A DNA stretch of 64,000 bases from NCBI GenBank assembly GCA_002269645.1, contig NIVC01001639.1, positions 26,481 through 90,480 of the forward strand, written 5' to 3'. Positions within the stretch are counted from its first letter, which is position 1. Every line of letters starts with the position of its first letter. The translations under genes were made by a program, and so were the position numbers. Below the pieces are notes generated by a model, which was not told the DNA's origin, searched no databases, and was given only the letters and a program-made list of their open reading frames with translations. This DNA is from Macrostomum lignano. Its lineage: Eukaryota. Shown here in pieces: positions 39,737 to 52,440 of this stretch.

Positions 39737-42700
39737 TTAAGCGTGGAAGGCAACGTCGGGCAGGCGGCCCGGCAGGAGGGCGGCGGCGGAATCCGGCAGG
39801 CCGAACTCGCGCACGGCCCACAGCTGCGCCTGCCTGTGCAGGGCGGCCCGGTCGGCGGCCGGCAGGAGGCCAGCCCGGACGAACAGGCTGCCGGAGAGCA
39901 GCTCCTGGACACGGCGGAGCAGGCTGGCCGCGGTGGCCGGGTCGATTGGCGAACAGCCGGGCGGCAGGGTGGCCACGAGGTCCGGGCCGCCGCCGCCGTG
40001 GCCGCCCCACAGACCCGCAGCGGCGGCGGCAGCGGAAGCCGCGTCTGGCGGCGCAACGGCGGCCGGCTGGGGACTGGCCGGTAGACGGCGCGGCGGCTCC
40101 GGCGGGCATTGAGCCAAAGTGAGGTCGCGGGTTCGATCGCTGAGCACGGAGCGAATCTCCTCAAGATGCGGAGCGAACAGCCTGGGATGCCGATAGCCAC
40201 CGTCAGATCCGCCGCCGCCGCCGGCGTGCAGCCAGGCGGCCGGCCGGGACAGCCCGGCGTCCTTCGGCAGCAGCTTCCGCCTGACGGCCTCCTGCAGGCT
40301 GTCAGGGCACAGCAAGTGCTCCAATCGGAGTCCCTGTGACACCAGGTCGCCCAGCACCGAGGACAGCTCCTCTGAGGCCGCCGCTGCCGCTGCTGAACCG
40401 GCGGCTCGCTTCTGCCTGCCGCTGGACAAGCCGCCCCCGCCGCTAGTTTTGCGCGAGAAGCCTGAAGGTGCGCCCGTCTGTTGCGACTCTGGATATGGAG
40501 ATGGGGATGGGGGTTGCTAGGAAAGAGGAGCGATCCTTGATGAAGCTGGAGGCTGAGGGGCGACTATTGATGGAGCTAGAGGCTGAGGGGCGATTCCTAT
40601 TCCTAATAAATCTGGAGGCTAAGGGCGATTCTTGATGAAGCTAGAGGCTGAAGGGCGATTCTTAATGGAGCTGGAGGCTGATGTACGATTCTTGATGGAG
40701 CTGGAGGCTAAGGGGGGTTCTTGATGGAGCTGGAGGCTAAGGGCGATTCTTGATGAAGCTGGAGGCTGAGTGATGGAGCTGGAGGCTGAGGGGCAATTCT
40801 TTATGGAGCTGGAGGCTGAAAGGGCGATTCTTGATGGAGCTGGAGGCTGAAAGGGCGATTCTTGATGGAGCTGGAGGCTAAGGGCGATTCTTGATGGAAC
40901 TGGAGGCTGAGGGCGATTCTTGATGGAGCTGGAGGCTGAGGGCGATTCAAAATGGAGCTGGAGGCTGAGGGCGATTCTTGTTGCAGCTGGAAGCTAAGGG
41001 GCAATTCTTGATGGAGCTGGAGGCTGAAGGGCGATTCTTGATGGAGCTGGAGGCTAAGGGCGATTCTTGATGGAACTGGAGGCTGAGGGCGATTCTTGAT
41101 GGAGCTGGAGGCTGAGGGCGATTCTTAATGGAGCTGGAGGCTGAAAGGGCGATTCTTGATGGAGCTGGAGGCTAAGGGCGATTCTTGTTGCAGCTGGAGG
41201 CTGAAGGGCGATTCTTGTTGCAGCTGGAGGCTAAGGGGCAATTCTTGATGGAGCTGGAGGCTGAAGGGCGATTCTTGATGGAGCTGGAGGCTGAAAGGGC
41301 GATTCTTGATGGAGCTGGAGGCTGAAAGGGCGATTCTTGATGGAGCTGGAGGCTGAGGGCGATTCTTGATGGAGCTGGAGGCTGAAAGGGCGATTCTTGA
41401 TGGAGCTGGAGGCTGAGGGCGATCTCGATGGAGCTGGAGATGTAGAGCAATCCTCCAGGAAGCAGGAGGTAGGGGGTTGGGGCGATTTTTGCTTGGAATG
41501 AAGGACAATTTTTAGTAGAAATTGATGGCTCTAAATCGAACTTCCCCAGAGAGTGATTTTCTCAATCAAAGTGCCTCAGCTTAGCTTGTTATCTCAACAA
41601 AAAATCAGATACCAGTTCTATCGCTAATTAGCCCCAAGCTTAGCCATTCATCTCTTGTCTCCTCAGGGCTGCAGGGAGGGGGGGCAGTCTACGCCCCCAC
41701 AGTTTAACCGGCCAAGCAGGTACTCGTAAACACAGCGGGGCAGTTAACTAACTTACCCCAGCGTCCCCCCCCCTCTCTCCATCCTTCCTCCCTCAATTCC
41801 GCTTCTCCATCTCATTCATTATAAATTTTGCAGCGCCAACAAGCGGCGGTGCGCCTCTGTGTCAAAACCGCGCCGGCTTCTCAAGCAATTAAAAGAGCGC
41901 CAGGCTTCAACCCTAAGCCAGGTGCAGGTAGGCGTAGCATTAGTGCAGCTCAATAGCTGCTTAGAAGCCGTTCAAAGGGAATAACAGGAGAGGGATCCCC
42001 TTTCTAGGCTTGGCTGTTTTTGAAGAAAAAAACGACTTTTAAACATCAACTGTTCCGTTAGCGAAAGTGCAAGCGGTAGTTTAGCGCTTCTAGCTGTTCC
42101 TTGCATAATTAGGGTAGTGTTTTTTGCCGCGGCGAAAATTTTACTTTAATTTGAATTCCATCTATCCACGTACACTAAAATTGAGTTGCTTCTAGGTATC
42201 CATGGGGATGTCAAGGGGTCAGCTGTCCGATTATCATCTTGGTCATGTTCCTTGGGGAAAAATCGAGTCGATAGCGCTAAAATCTAGTCTGTGGCGCTAA
42301 AATCTAGTCGATGGCGCTAAAGTATTGTTGTGGCACCAAAATCTAGTTTGTGGCGCTTAAATCTAGTCTATGGCGCTAAAATCTAGTCTGTGGCGCTAAA
42401 ATCTAGTCTATGGCGCTAAAATCTAGTCTGTGGCACCAAAATCTAGTCTGTGGCGCTAAAATCTAATCTAATCTACAAGTGCTAAAATCTTGTCTGTGGC
42501 ACCAATGGCGCTAAAATCTAGTCTATGGAGCTAAAATCTAGTCTGTGGCGCTAAAATCTAGTCTGTGGCGCTAAAATCTAGTCTATGGAGCTAAAATCTA
42601 GTCTGTGGCGCTAAAATCTAGTCTGTGGCGCTAAAATCTAATCTGTAGTGCTAAAATCTTGTCTGTGGCGCCAATGGCGCTAAAATTTAGTCTGTGGCGC

Positions 42701-45700
42701 TAAAATGGCGCCAAAATCTAGTCTGTGGCGCTAAAATCTAGACTGTGGCGCTAAAATCTAGCCGACGGCTAGAAAACTAAAAACTAAGTGGTTAATTAAC
42801 GAGACTTAGGACTGCGACTGGCGCAACTTCTACCAGACATTCGGCAGAAAGAAAGCAAAGCTTATTACTTTACTAACAGACCACGTGACCTGACACTGCG
42901 CGTAGCAGATAGCAAAACTCGTTAGTAGGACGTGAATCTCCCAGATCCATTGGCAGTCCCGCCATAAATTATGGCCGAAAGCAGCAGTTCGGCATTGGAT
43001 TCGCTATTTCTGTTGAAGCAATAAAATCCGCAGACTACAGACGCGATTGGCAAGCAAGGCAGCAGCAGGTAGGAGCAGAAAATTTTCCAGAACAGTAGTC
43101 AATCTTGACAGCGCTTTGTTTACTTTATACATCTCGCCTCACTCTCGCTCCCCTCCATAACACGCGCAGACGCCATGATTGATGAGGGAGGTGGTTAGGG
43201 CCAGTCCAGCATCCCGGTACACCTCATCAAGTGCCTTCTTTGCCAAGTACAAGAGAAACAAACTGAGGTATAAAAGTGCGGCCAGTTGCCGAAGAGAAGA
43301 TCATTAACTGGCAAGATGTTAAGCCTAGTGGCAAGCCTAGTGGTTAGAGCGTCGGACTCGCGACTGGAAGGTCTGGGGTTCGATTCTCGGCCCACTCGGA
43401 ACAATTTGTGTCCTTGAGCAAGACACTTAACTCTGCACTGCTTCAGTTCACCCAGCTGTAAAATGGGTGCCAGCATTAGCTGGGATAATTGAGGGTGTGT
43501 GTGGCAACCCCCAGTCCTTGGACTGAACAGCCGTACGCAGCCTTCAGATGCGCCGCGCAATAGCTGCGGCTGAGCTGTCGGTTATTAGGGCGAGTGTAGT
43601 AAAAAACAACTCGTACTGGACAACCTTCTTATCTAAAGTCAACTCATGATGCTCCAGCCTTACCAAATAAGTTAGCTAAGGTCACCGAATCCGCAAAAAT
43701 ATCAAGTCAGTCGTGTCCATCGAAGTAAAATAATTTTGGGGTTAATTAGGGTCACGAAAGCAAAGAAGCCTAGGACATTTAAGGTCATACAAACCATTGA
43801 AATTCTATCCTAAGGTCAGTTAGGGTCATCAAACCCGGGAATCTTCGGGTCATTAGGGTGACCGAACCATAAAATCCTGGGGTTATTTAAGGTCACAGAA
43901 ACCTCGCAGAGCCATAGGGTCAATTAGAGCCACCGAAACTAAGCATTCAAGTGTCAGTTAGGGTCACCGAACTCCGATATCCTAGGGTCCATTAGGGTTT
44001 TTTAAAACCCGAGAATCTTCGAGTTAATTAGGGTCACCGAACCACAACATCCCAGGGTCAGTTAGGGTCACCGAACCACAACATCCCAGGGTCAGTTAGG
44101 GTCACCGAACCCCAGCATCCCAGGGTCAGTTAGGGTCACCGAACCCCAGCATCCCAGGGTCAGTTAGGGTCACCGAACCCCAGCATCCCAGGTCAGTTAG
44201 GGTCACCGAACCCCAGCATCCCAGGGTCAGTTAGGGTCACCGAACCCCAGCATCCCAGGGTCAGTTAGGGTCACCAAACCACATCACCCAGGGTCATTTA
44301 GGGTCACCGAACCACAGCATCCAGGGTCCATCCCGTAGACATACCCGCGACAATTTCCGCAGCCCTGGCGGCCACCTGCGCCTCGCCCCAGGCGATGAGG
44401 GCGCTCAGCACGTCAGACTCGGCCGCTTGTAGAAAGTCGGACCGCAGAGCGGCCAGCAGCTCCCGGCGGCTCAGCTGAGTCAGCACACGCGGCGCCTGGA
44501 CGGCTAGCGCGGCGAATTCCTCGCACAGGAACAGGCGCGCCTGTCGGTGGACCCAGGCAGAACCGGTGCCGGCGCCGGACCAGTCCAGGACAGGCACCAG
44601 GGTGTCCGGGCACAGGGACTCCACCAGTAGGTCTTCACTAGCCCGGGTGAGACAGGGCAGCTCAAGGAAACGGCCAATCTCGTGCAGATCCATCAGGTCC
44701 TGGGCATGAGCAGACAGAGGGTCACTGATACTACCGGCTAAGTAACTGCGGAACGAGCAACCCAATCTACCCGAATGCAAAACAAAGACTACTCCAACAG
44801 ACAAAACAAAGACTACTCCAAAAACTGAAACCAAGGCTACTTCACAAGTCAAAACAAAGACTACTCTAAAAGACAAAACAAAGACTACTCCAAAAACTGA
44901 AACCAAGGCTACTTTAAAAGCCAAAAAACACTACTTCAAAAGCCAAGACAAAGACTACTTCAAAAGCCGAAACAAAGACTACTCCACAAGCCGAAACAAA
45001 GACTACTCCACAAGCCGAAACAAAGACTACTCCACAAGCCGAAACAAAGACTTCTTCAAAAGACAAAACAAAGACTACCCAAAAAGCCAAAACAAAGACT
45101 ACTTCAAAAGCCAAAAACAAAGACTCACCCGCAGTGCCAGGCAGTCGGGCAGGCGGTCGGTGTACAAGCAGGTCAGCATAGCCGGCGCCAGGCGGCGCGG
45201 CAGCACAGCCTCGTCGAGCACCAGCGCCAAAGGCGGCTCCGCCAGTTGAGCATCGCCGACGCCGTCACCGCCGCCGTGAACGGCGCAGCGGACAAGGCGC
45301 CGGCGTCGGTGCCTCCTGGCGGCGGCCAGGCGTTTCTCGACAACGCCGGCAAAGAACGGCGATCGACAGGCCAGCAGGGCCCGGTGGCAGGGCAGCTCGA
45401 TTCGCCTCGCCCGCGGCTCGGCCTCCTCAAATATTAGCACGCAGTCGGCCAGGTGGCCGGTGTCCAACAGTTGGGCTAGATCGTCGGACAGGCGGCCGGG
45501 GGCGCCGAGCTCGTGGCAAAGGGCGGCCACAGTGGCCGGGGCGCTGAGGCGGGCCAGGCTGACCTCGCCGCAGTACAGGTAGGCCAGGAGAGCCCGGAGC
45601 AGCTCGGGGTCGAGGCCGCCAGGGACGCACAGGTCCAGTGGGTAATCTATGGAATGGGGTGGTGGCGTTGAGTGCACAGTCAATGTCCTTTATATCAGAT

Positions 45701-46678
45701 TCTTGTACAAGCGTTTTGACTATTGTACAAGTTGAATCATCGTTACAGCTCGAAGTCACCCAGCTGGAGTCCCGCGGGGTCAATCAAATTCACTTTGTTA
45801 TCAGGTAAAATCAGGGTCAGCCTGTAATCGGGGTCAATTAGGATCATCCTGCAATCGGGGTCAATTAAAGTCACCCTGTAACCGGGGTCAATTAGGGTCA
45901 CACCTGCAATCGCGATCAATGCTGACCTAGACCCCCAGCACTTGAAGTCAGGGATTAGGGTCACCCTGTCATCGGAGTCACTGTCATAGATGTCAATTAA
46001 GGTCACCCTGTAATCGGGTCACCTAGGACCACTGTAATCGGGGTCAATTAGTTTCACTGTATTCGGGGTCAATTAGGGTCACTGTATTCGGGGTCAATAA
46101 AGGTCACCCATCATCCGAACACAAAAAAGCTCACCAGCGCCCCCAGTTGCGGCCGAGTCATAGTCCTCGCCGTTGGCAAACAGCCTAGCAAAGAAGTTGC
46201 TCCTAGCGGCCAGCACCGCCCGATGGACAGGGAAGGCGACACCGCCCAGGATCAGGCGAGCGTCGGAGCCGAGCCCGGTGCGCAGCAGGCAGCCGAGGTC
46301 CTGGCACAGGCTGCTGCACTGCGGCCTCGCTGCCGCGGCGCCCAGATGAGCATCTTTAAGCGCGTGCAGCGCCTCAAATTCGTCCAGCAAGACGCGCAGA
46401 TCGGCGGAGCTCCAGTCGGCGATGAAGGCGCGAAATTGCCTGGCCGGATCCGGCGAAGATCGTCGCCTAAGCCAGGCGACTCGCCGTTTCAGCGTCTGCT
46501 GCAGACGGGCCGTTGCCGACGAGGAAGACGACGACTGGCGGCTGTGACCGGATGGCGCGAATGAATTCGCCGAGCCAGTCGACAACGGCTGGCTCTTTTC
46601 TGAGCTGTTGCCATGGCAACCAAACTGTCCTAACGAAGCGGAGCTCGAGTCAGTCAGAGCAGATGGAGCGGCCCCCAT
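39737..46678 (-). CDS. BTBD7: BTB/POZ domain-containing protein 7-like, about 722 aa; join complement(46135..46678,45129..45646,44345..44699,39737..40488)
   Basis: MGA start; two BTB folds (FPVHRAVLAARSNFF; LPCHRALLACRSPFF); BACK-like WVHRQARLFLCEEF and SDFLQAAESDVLSALIAWGE; RPAAWL...PRLFAPHLEE. These match BTBD7 motifs from memory. The exon 3 acceptor is uncertain. Confidence 0.88.
40530..41450. repeat. 29-31-bp minisatellite GATGGAGCTGGAGGCTGAGGGCGATTCTT in BTBD7 intron 3
   Basis: Periodic units read directly. Confidence 0.93.
42275..42765. repeat. 20-bp minisatellite GGCGCTAAAATCTAGTCTGT
   Basis: 20-nt period. Confidence 0.93.
43333..43580 (+). mobile_element. tRNA-derived SINE with a CORE (MIR-like) domain
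   Basis: A-box-like TAGTGGTTAGAGC, B box GGTTCGATTC, then tgtgtccttgagcaagacacttaactc...ctgtaaaatggg resembling the MIR/CORE consensus; second copy at 23790-24032. Confidence 0.82.
44030..44325. repeat. 34-bp minisatellite GGGTCAGTTAGGGTCACCGAACCCCAGCATCCCA with degenerate copies back to about 43680
   Basis: 34-nt period. Confidence 0.92.
44768..45125. repeat. 24-bp minisatellite (GAAACAAAGACTACTCCACAAGCC) filling BTBD7 intron 2
   Basis: 24-nt period; the terminal unit contains the splice donor. Confidence 0.9.
45775..46110. repeat. Degenerate minisatellite (ATCGGGGTCAATTAGGGTCACCCTGTA) in BTBD7 intron 1
   Basis: Recurrent ggggtcaattagggtcac core, related to the 44030 array. Confidence 0.8.
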
Positions 46679-48306
46679 TTGGTGGGCAGCTGTCTAAAGG
46701 CAAACTGCACAATGTCAGTTGGCCTAGGAGAACTTATTGCTCTTCTAGCTCTTAAATAAAAGTGCAAATGTTAACTAGAGTACATCTGAAAATTTAGAAT
46801 AGGCATCTTTGGTTGAATTAAGACACTGTAAATACTATTTATACTATTTACATTACTCTCTCTGCCCCTTTCTCCAGCAGCCCAAGTGCTCTCTTTAAAA
46901 TGAAAAATTGGACATTTTGCATAGTCTAAGACTAAGTTTGTTGTATCATAACATGCATCATGATATATTAACCTTAATTTTGACATTCTAACATTGGATC
47001 TAAGATACCAAATTGGCACTTTGGATACTACTTAAGTTCAATATTTTAATAATTCATATATCATTTTAACTATTATTGGGATTCTCAAAACTTCTATAAA
47101 TTATCAAATTTGAATATATAAACATGGAGTTTATAGTCTTTTTCAACTTCCATTATAAGTCAGATAGGCTCAGTAATAAAAAAGATGAAAGTAAAAATAT
47201 TAACATTTTGTTTAATAGAGTTTTTGGCATTTTTACTTTTCTTACCCTAAATTTTGACCCAAGTAACTAAACACTAACAACTTTTTACTATGGTTTCTGG
47301 TCCCATAGATAAGTTATATATTTTTATCATTAATCAATAAGTGATAAAACTATTTTTTAAATATATTTATTACTAGATTTTAGTTTCAATGACATTAGTA
47401 AAAGTTATATTAATTAATGATATTAAAATTCTAAACTCTTATAAAATCAAAATGCTCAAAGAGAAGTGATATATTATATATCACTATCTTTACGACTTTA
47501 TACTATATACTATATTACTTCATAAAGAGTTTACAAGGCTTAACTTTTCTCTACTAAATCTTTAATCATCTTGGACTTAGACTAGTTTTTTTTGTAAAAA
47601 TTGAGTGTTATTTGGCACCTTAATCCAAAATCAGGGTGCTAAATCAGAAATCAGGGTGCCAATTAGTACTCATCAAAATGCTTAACTTAATTATTCAATG
47701 CTAATTTTTATATTAATCCTTATCATTAATCCTGAAAATTCCTAGAAAAAAATGTAAAATAATTGTTAGACATTAATATTACTCATTCAACTTTTTCCTA
47801 TATAAGAATTGAGATAATATAATACCTATGCAGTTATATATACACTACACTTCAATGATGTCATCTTTACTCTATTATAAAAATACATAAATTTCTTGGC
47901 AGCAGCAGGCCAAAAAATTTATGGTGCCATTTTGGCATTATACTTATAGGTCTAATTCAAGGTGCCAAACAAAATTTTGAGGTATCATGGCAACCATTTG
48001 GCACAAAAAACCTAGGACTTAGGATAATGGTCTTTAATATTTGTTAATCAAAGGCAGTATAGAGCCTAAGCTCACTACTATTGATATAATGGTATAAGAC
48101 CAAGATGGCCACTCACCAAGATGGCCATAACATTGAATCTTTATTATATCTACTCTCTTTCTACCAGTAATTAGCAATATAAAAGCTATTGTTATATAAA
48201 TTATCATATTTAATCAATCATATTCATAAATACTAATACAATAATAGATTTGAAACGAATTACTTATAATACAAAATGCCACATTTAGAGACATGGTAGC
48301 CATGTC

Positions 48307-48345
48307 TACGAGGGTCAGTCAAAAAGTAATGATAATTTTTTTGTA
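48307..48345 (+). mobile_element. Possible Tc1/mariner-like terminal inverted repeat remnant
   Basis: TA+CGAGGGTCAGTCAAAAAGTAA resembles mariner TIR starts; similar motif at 54719; no partner TIR or transposase found. Confidence 0.35.
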
Positions 48346-49394
48346 ACGCCTAAAATATCAGAGTTATTGATCAGTGTTATTGATAATTGATGAAGTGGAT
48401 AATAATGTGAAGGCTTATTTTCACAAAATTTCAAAATTTTATCCTCTCTCAACGCTCGATCTGAAACAAATATATTAAATATTTAGTGCAATCAAATAGG
48501 TTCCTATAAATAATTTTTCTTGGAAAAGAAGAGTATAACAAAGGGTGTTTAAAATCAATGAATATGTTCTGGTTTTTGCCAGTTCTTCTCTTACTACAAT
48601 TTATTTTTAATATTATAGTACTGTTAGCCATAATGGACAGCTGTATTCGTGCTTTTTACTCCAACGCTTCGACGCTTCAAGTTGCCAAACTGATATGCTC
48701 ACCATTGAGCAGGTATACAGAAATTCGCCATAATTATTAGGCCTTTTGAACGACGATGCGAAGCATGTGGCGAATTATATAGTTTTGAATTGTTTGTTGT
48801 ATGATATATACTCATTTGACAAGTGAGCACTAGCTGTTACATAGCACACTGTAAAGATCTCTCAAAGGTGATCAATTCCCTAACAGATCTATCTGTGCTT
48901 TGAAAGTTAAGAGGGGAAGGGTCAGTGACTAAAAACAAAATTCATCTGACTCTGCATAGTTTCCTTAGGAGTAATAGGAGATCACAAGGCACCAGAGATT
49001 TTAAAGCTCTAATTTATGCTGCGTTCTCTGGTGGGAGTACAACGCAAGTAATATGTTGCGTCACGGTCTCCCCGTGGTCACCCTAACACCGGATGAAACT
49101 ATACACACCGGCCTATCTATAGGCATTGAAGACCTATACATCGAAGATATTATGGTCCGTCACGTGCACCCACCCAGGAAAAATCCTGTCATATACCTTC
49201 GAGTTCCGTACATTTTTGGCATATTTTATCATTTTAATATAGTGGTCAACCCTTACCTTAAAATTCACCCGAACTGGTTGTTTTGAATTTTCGCTTCTCT
49301 AAAACACTCAAATAACAACAACAATAATAACAACAAAATAAGCTGTCAGTTAGACTTATAAAACATAGACAGAGTCACAGCGCGCCTCTTGGCT

Positions 49395-49570
49395 AGGGCG
49401 CAAACACAGGCCGTGTCACCGACCGAATCCGGGCGCCGGCGTCAGCCAGCAGGCAGCTCGACGAAACGCCGAGTTTGCGCCTTTCCCAGGGTGCCTGCGC
49501 ATCGTCAGCAGCAGCACATCTGCACCGGCTGCGGACAGTAGGACTCGGCGCGGATGATTTGGCTGGCTAG
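49395..49570 (-). mobile_element. Decayed copy of the dispersed coding-derived repeat (IRAESYCPQPVQ...CLLADAGARIRS...FAP)
   Basis: Frameshifted translation homologous to 58014-58316. Confidence 0.6.
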
Positions 49571-49993
49571 TTGGCCGGCTAGCTTGAGGTCTCATGGGCG
49601 GACTAGGCCGGCTCGGCGGTTAGACTGAGTCCCCAAGTGGGCCATGTCGACCGCAAGTCTACATCAGATCTTCGAAGAAAGCTGTGGAAATGTACTATTT
49701 CGGTGAGGCATGAGTGAACTAGTTGAACTAATCGATAATGAATGTAATGACAGATAATAACCCAGGGCTTCTATTGTTCAGCACATCCCATCTCAAGTTG
49801 TGATCAGTTTGAGCATCTTTCTGAGATTAATAATGCTTTTTTCATTGGCCTTCGTTATGATAATTCTAAGCGCCTCAGCTCGGCTCGAATACGACTGATC
49901 ATTGCGTAGCCGAGCGCATAAATTCGACAGCTGTTTGCAGACAGCGCAAGAAAGTCAATCAAAACCCAGTCTCGCCCGGCAGAGCCGGCAGTC

Positions 49994-50506
49994 ATGAGCA
50001 GCCGAATCAGACAGAACTTTCACCAGGAGAGCGAGGCGGCGCTGAACAAGCAAGTGAACATGGAGCTGTTCGCGTCGTATACCTACCAGAGCATGAGCTT
50101 TTACTTTAGTCGCGACGATGTCGCCCTGCCCGGCATCTCAGCCTACTTCGCCAAGAAGTCCTCGGATGAGCGAGAGCACGCCGAGAAGCTGATGAAGCTG
50201 ATCAACGAGCGAGGCGGCTCCGTCGTGTTGGACAACGTGAACAGGCCGAAGAAGCACGCTTGGGGCTCCATGCTGGAGGCGATGGAGGACGCGCTGCAGC
50301 TGGAGAGGGACGTCAACCAGAGCCTGTTGGACCTGCACAAGGTCACCTCGAAACACGATGACGCGCATCTCACCGACTTCCTAGAGGGAGAGTTCCTCGG
50401 CGAGCAGGTTGACGCGATTGCCAAGATCTCCGCCTTCATCACGCAACTCAATAGGGTGGGCACCGGAATCGGAGAGTACGTGTTCGACCACGAGGCTTTC
50501 CCCTGA
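49994..50506 (+). CDS. FTH1: Ferritin (heavy-chain/soma type), 170 aa, intronless
   Basis: RIRQNFHQESEAALNKQVNMELFASYTY, DEREHAEKLM, LQLERDVNQSLLDLH, EQV, GIGEYVFD. Ferroxidase ligands equivalent to E27, Y34, E62, H65, E107 and Q141 are present; AATAAA at 50600-50605. Confidence 0.96.
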   Translation: MSSRIRQNFHQESEAALNKQVNMELFASYTYQSMSFYFSRDDVALPGISAYFAKKSSDEREHAEKLMKLINERGGSVVLDNVNRPKKHAWGSMLEAMEDALQLERDVNQSLLDLHKVTSKHDDAHLTDFLEGEFLGEQVDAIAKISAFITQLNRVGTGIGEYVFDHEAFP

Positions 50507-50925
50507 GTGCTGAGCTGCCGCGGGCATTAGGACTCTCGCATAGTGTACTTGCGGGCTTGTATATTTGAAGAGTTTATCTGGTGCTCTGTCCTATGTTAGA
50601 ATAAAACTGTAATTGGTTTCCTTATATTTTATGCTTCAGTTGATCCGATTTCAAAAATTGTTTAATTAAAAATTAAATTATTCGACTTAGTACAGTGCTT
50701 GCAAAAATTTTATAACTCTCAAAGAAAAGAGGCAAATACATCACAACATAACCCAAGAGTGCAGGGCAGTTAAAATAATGTTACAATTACCACAAAACTT
50801 AGTAACTAATCGTATTGACCAGCATAAAAGATTATCAACTCAATTGAGAGTTTATTTCAATACAAACTGGGATGAAATCGAAATCTTTTGTACGCTCGAA
50901 AAAATCTCGTAAACTACTAGAGAAG

Positions 50926-51794
50926 TTACGGCGTCAGTATCGCCCGCTCCATCAGCTCGTAGGATGAAACGGCAACAAACCCGAGTGCCAGGAACAGCAG
51001 TTTGCCGTGTCGGTGGCCTTCCGGCTCGGCGCTGCCCTGCTCAGTGCCATCGGGTCCATCCGACTCGGCAGACTCAAAGCAATAGCCAAACTCTCGCGGC
51101 AGGATTTCAAACAGAGCCACATAGAGAAAAGTGCCGCTAGCCAAGGACTGAAGAACTCCGCTAGCCAGTCCGGCAGAGAGCGGTCGGGACTCGAGGCTGG
51201 TCGTCAGGAGCAGTCCGAGAGTTATGCCAACGGGACTGGCGAGCGCAAAGCCGAGCGCGCAGGCCAGCAGGTTGCGGATGGGACGCTGGAGGTGGCCAGC
51301 TCGATGCCAAGGCTGGCGGCCACCACCAGTTTGTGCAGCGCGATGGCTACAAAGTAGGCGGCCAGTTTGGTTGGCTGCGGTGCGACCCCCATCGCTACGC
51401 CTTCGAACAGAGAATGAACGGACAGCGCCGTGGCCAGCAGAGCAGAGCGGCTGAAGCGCGCCGAAGCAAGACGATCAACAACCAGCACGAGAGCCAGTCC
51501 GGCCAGGGCTAGACTGTGCGCCAGAGTCCGGCTGGCGTTGCCCATCGGTTTGAGCTCTTCGGCCGCATCCGGGAACATGTCCAGCAGGCCAACAGATAGC
51601 AGCGCCCCGGCTGCCAGCACAGACACGCGGCCTGGCCAGACCGACCGCTGCTGCTCATCGGACTGCTGAAAATGCTGCTGCGACTGAGCCCGGCGCCTGC
51701 GACGCATCAAGCAGCATGCTGGCAAAAGAACGGCAACGAGGACCAACGAAAACAGCAAACAGGCGAGACCAACTTTCACCAGAGTGTCAGCCAT
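50926..51794 (-). CDS. ZIP/SLC39 family divalent metal transporter (ZIP1/2/3-like), intronless, with a 1-nt frameshift at about 51281 (about 289 aa if repaired)
   Basis: GALLSVGLLDMFP, ALSVHSLFEGVAMG (TM4) and IALHKLVVA (TM5); after the shift, FALASPVGITLG and LQSLASGTFLYVALFEILPRE; AATAAA at 50851-50856 (-). Confidence 0.88.
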
Positions 51795-52150
51795 GCAGCG
51801 ACAATTTTAACAAAAATGACTGCAAAATTTCCCTTTAGTTTCAAACGACCTATCTCAGTTAGAATTTATCTGCTCTCGAAGCACAGGAAGCAATTATATA
51901 GACTCTGGTGCAGCCTTCTGAGTGGCCACATCGAGTCGAAAAGCCAGCCCATGTATGCAAAATTAGAGTGCGGAAATACTATAGCAATAATGGATTCAGT
52001 TGGTCACGCTTTGGCTTATTCTAGCGAACTGAAACAATTTTCCTTGGCTTTAAGTTTATTCTTTTTAGTAGTCAAGTCAACTAATGAGTACGCTGTAAGC
52101 ACACTTTGAAGCCACAACAAGTAAGCCATACTATTAGACATCCTATGCGA

Positions 52151-52440
52151 TCAGCTCATCCTTGACAAGCTTGAATATACACGTACAATGTGCCGTATCT
52201 CGCGTTCTCGTATCCGGACGGACACAGGCGACCCGGAGGTACGCCGGGCAGAGACCTCACATACACAGTCACCTGATGAGTGCAGCTCGGCACAGACTGC
52301 ACACGGTGACTGCACGCATCGAACAGGAACAGCTTGCACTGACAGGCTCCAGCTGTCAGCACTGAGAAGGCCTGACACTTGTCCTTCCTAGCGCAGACAA
52401 TGCTACATTATCGAAGAGTGCACAGACACCATGTTGGTCT
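52151..52440 (-). pseudogene. Orphan fragment of the PAN/apple-C-type lectin gene family
   Basis: 52207-52396 is identical to 56828-57017 and 62688-62877; flanks diverge; no signal peptide; early stop. Confidence 0.85.

Noticed and set aside
39601-40339. Overlapping plus-strand ORFs over BTBD7, MVD and tubulin exons
   Set aside because: Shadow ORFs caused by GC3-rich coding sequence on the opposite strand.
43333-43400. tRNA gene
   Set aside because: A and B boxes are present but there is no closing acceptor stem; the sequence continues into a CORE-SINE body and has a dispersed decayed copy.
49860-49993. Iron-responsive element upstream of ferritin
   Set aside because: No CAGTGN loop with a C-bulged stem found by eye.
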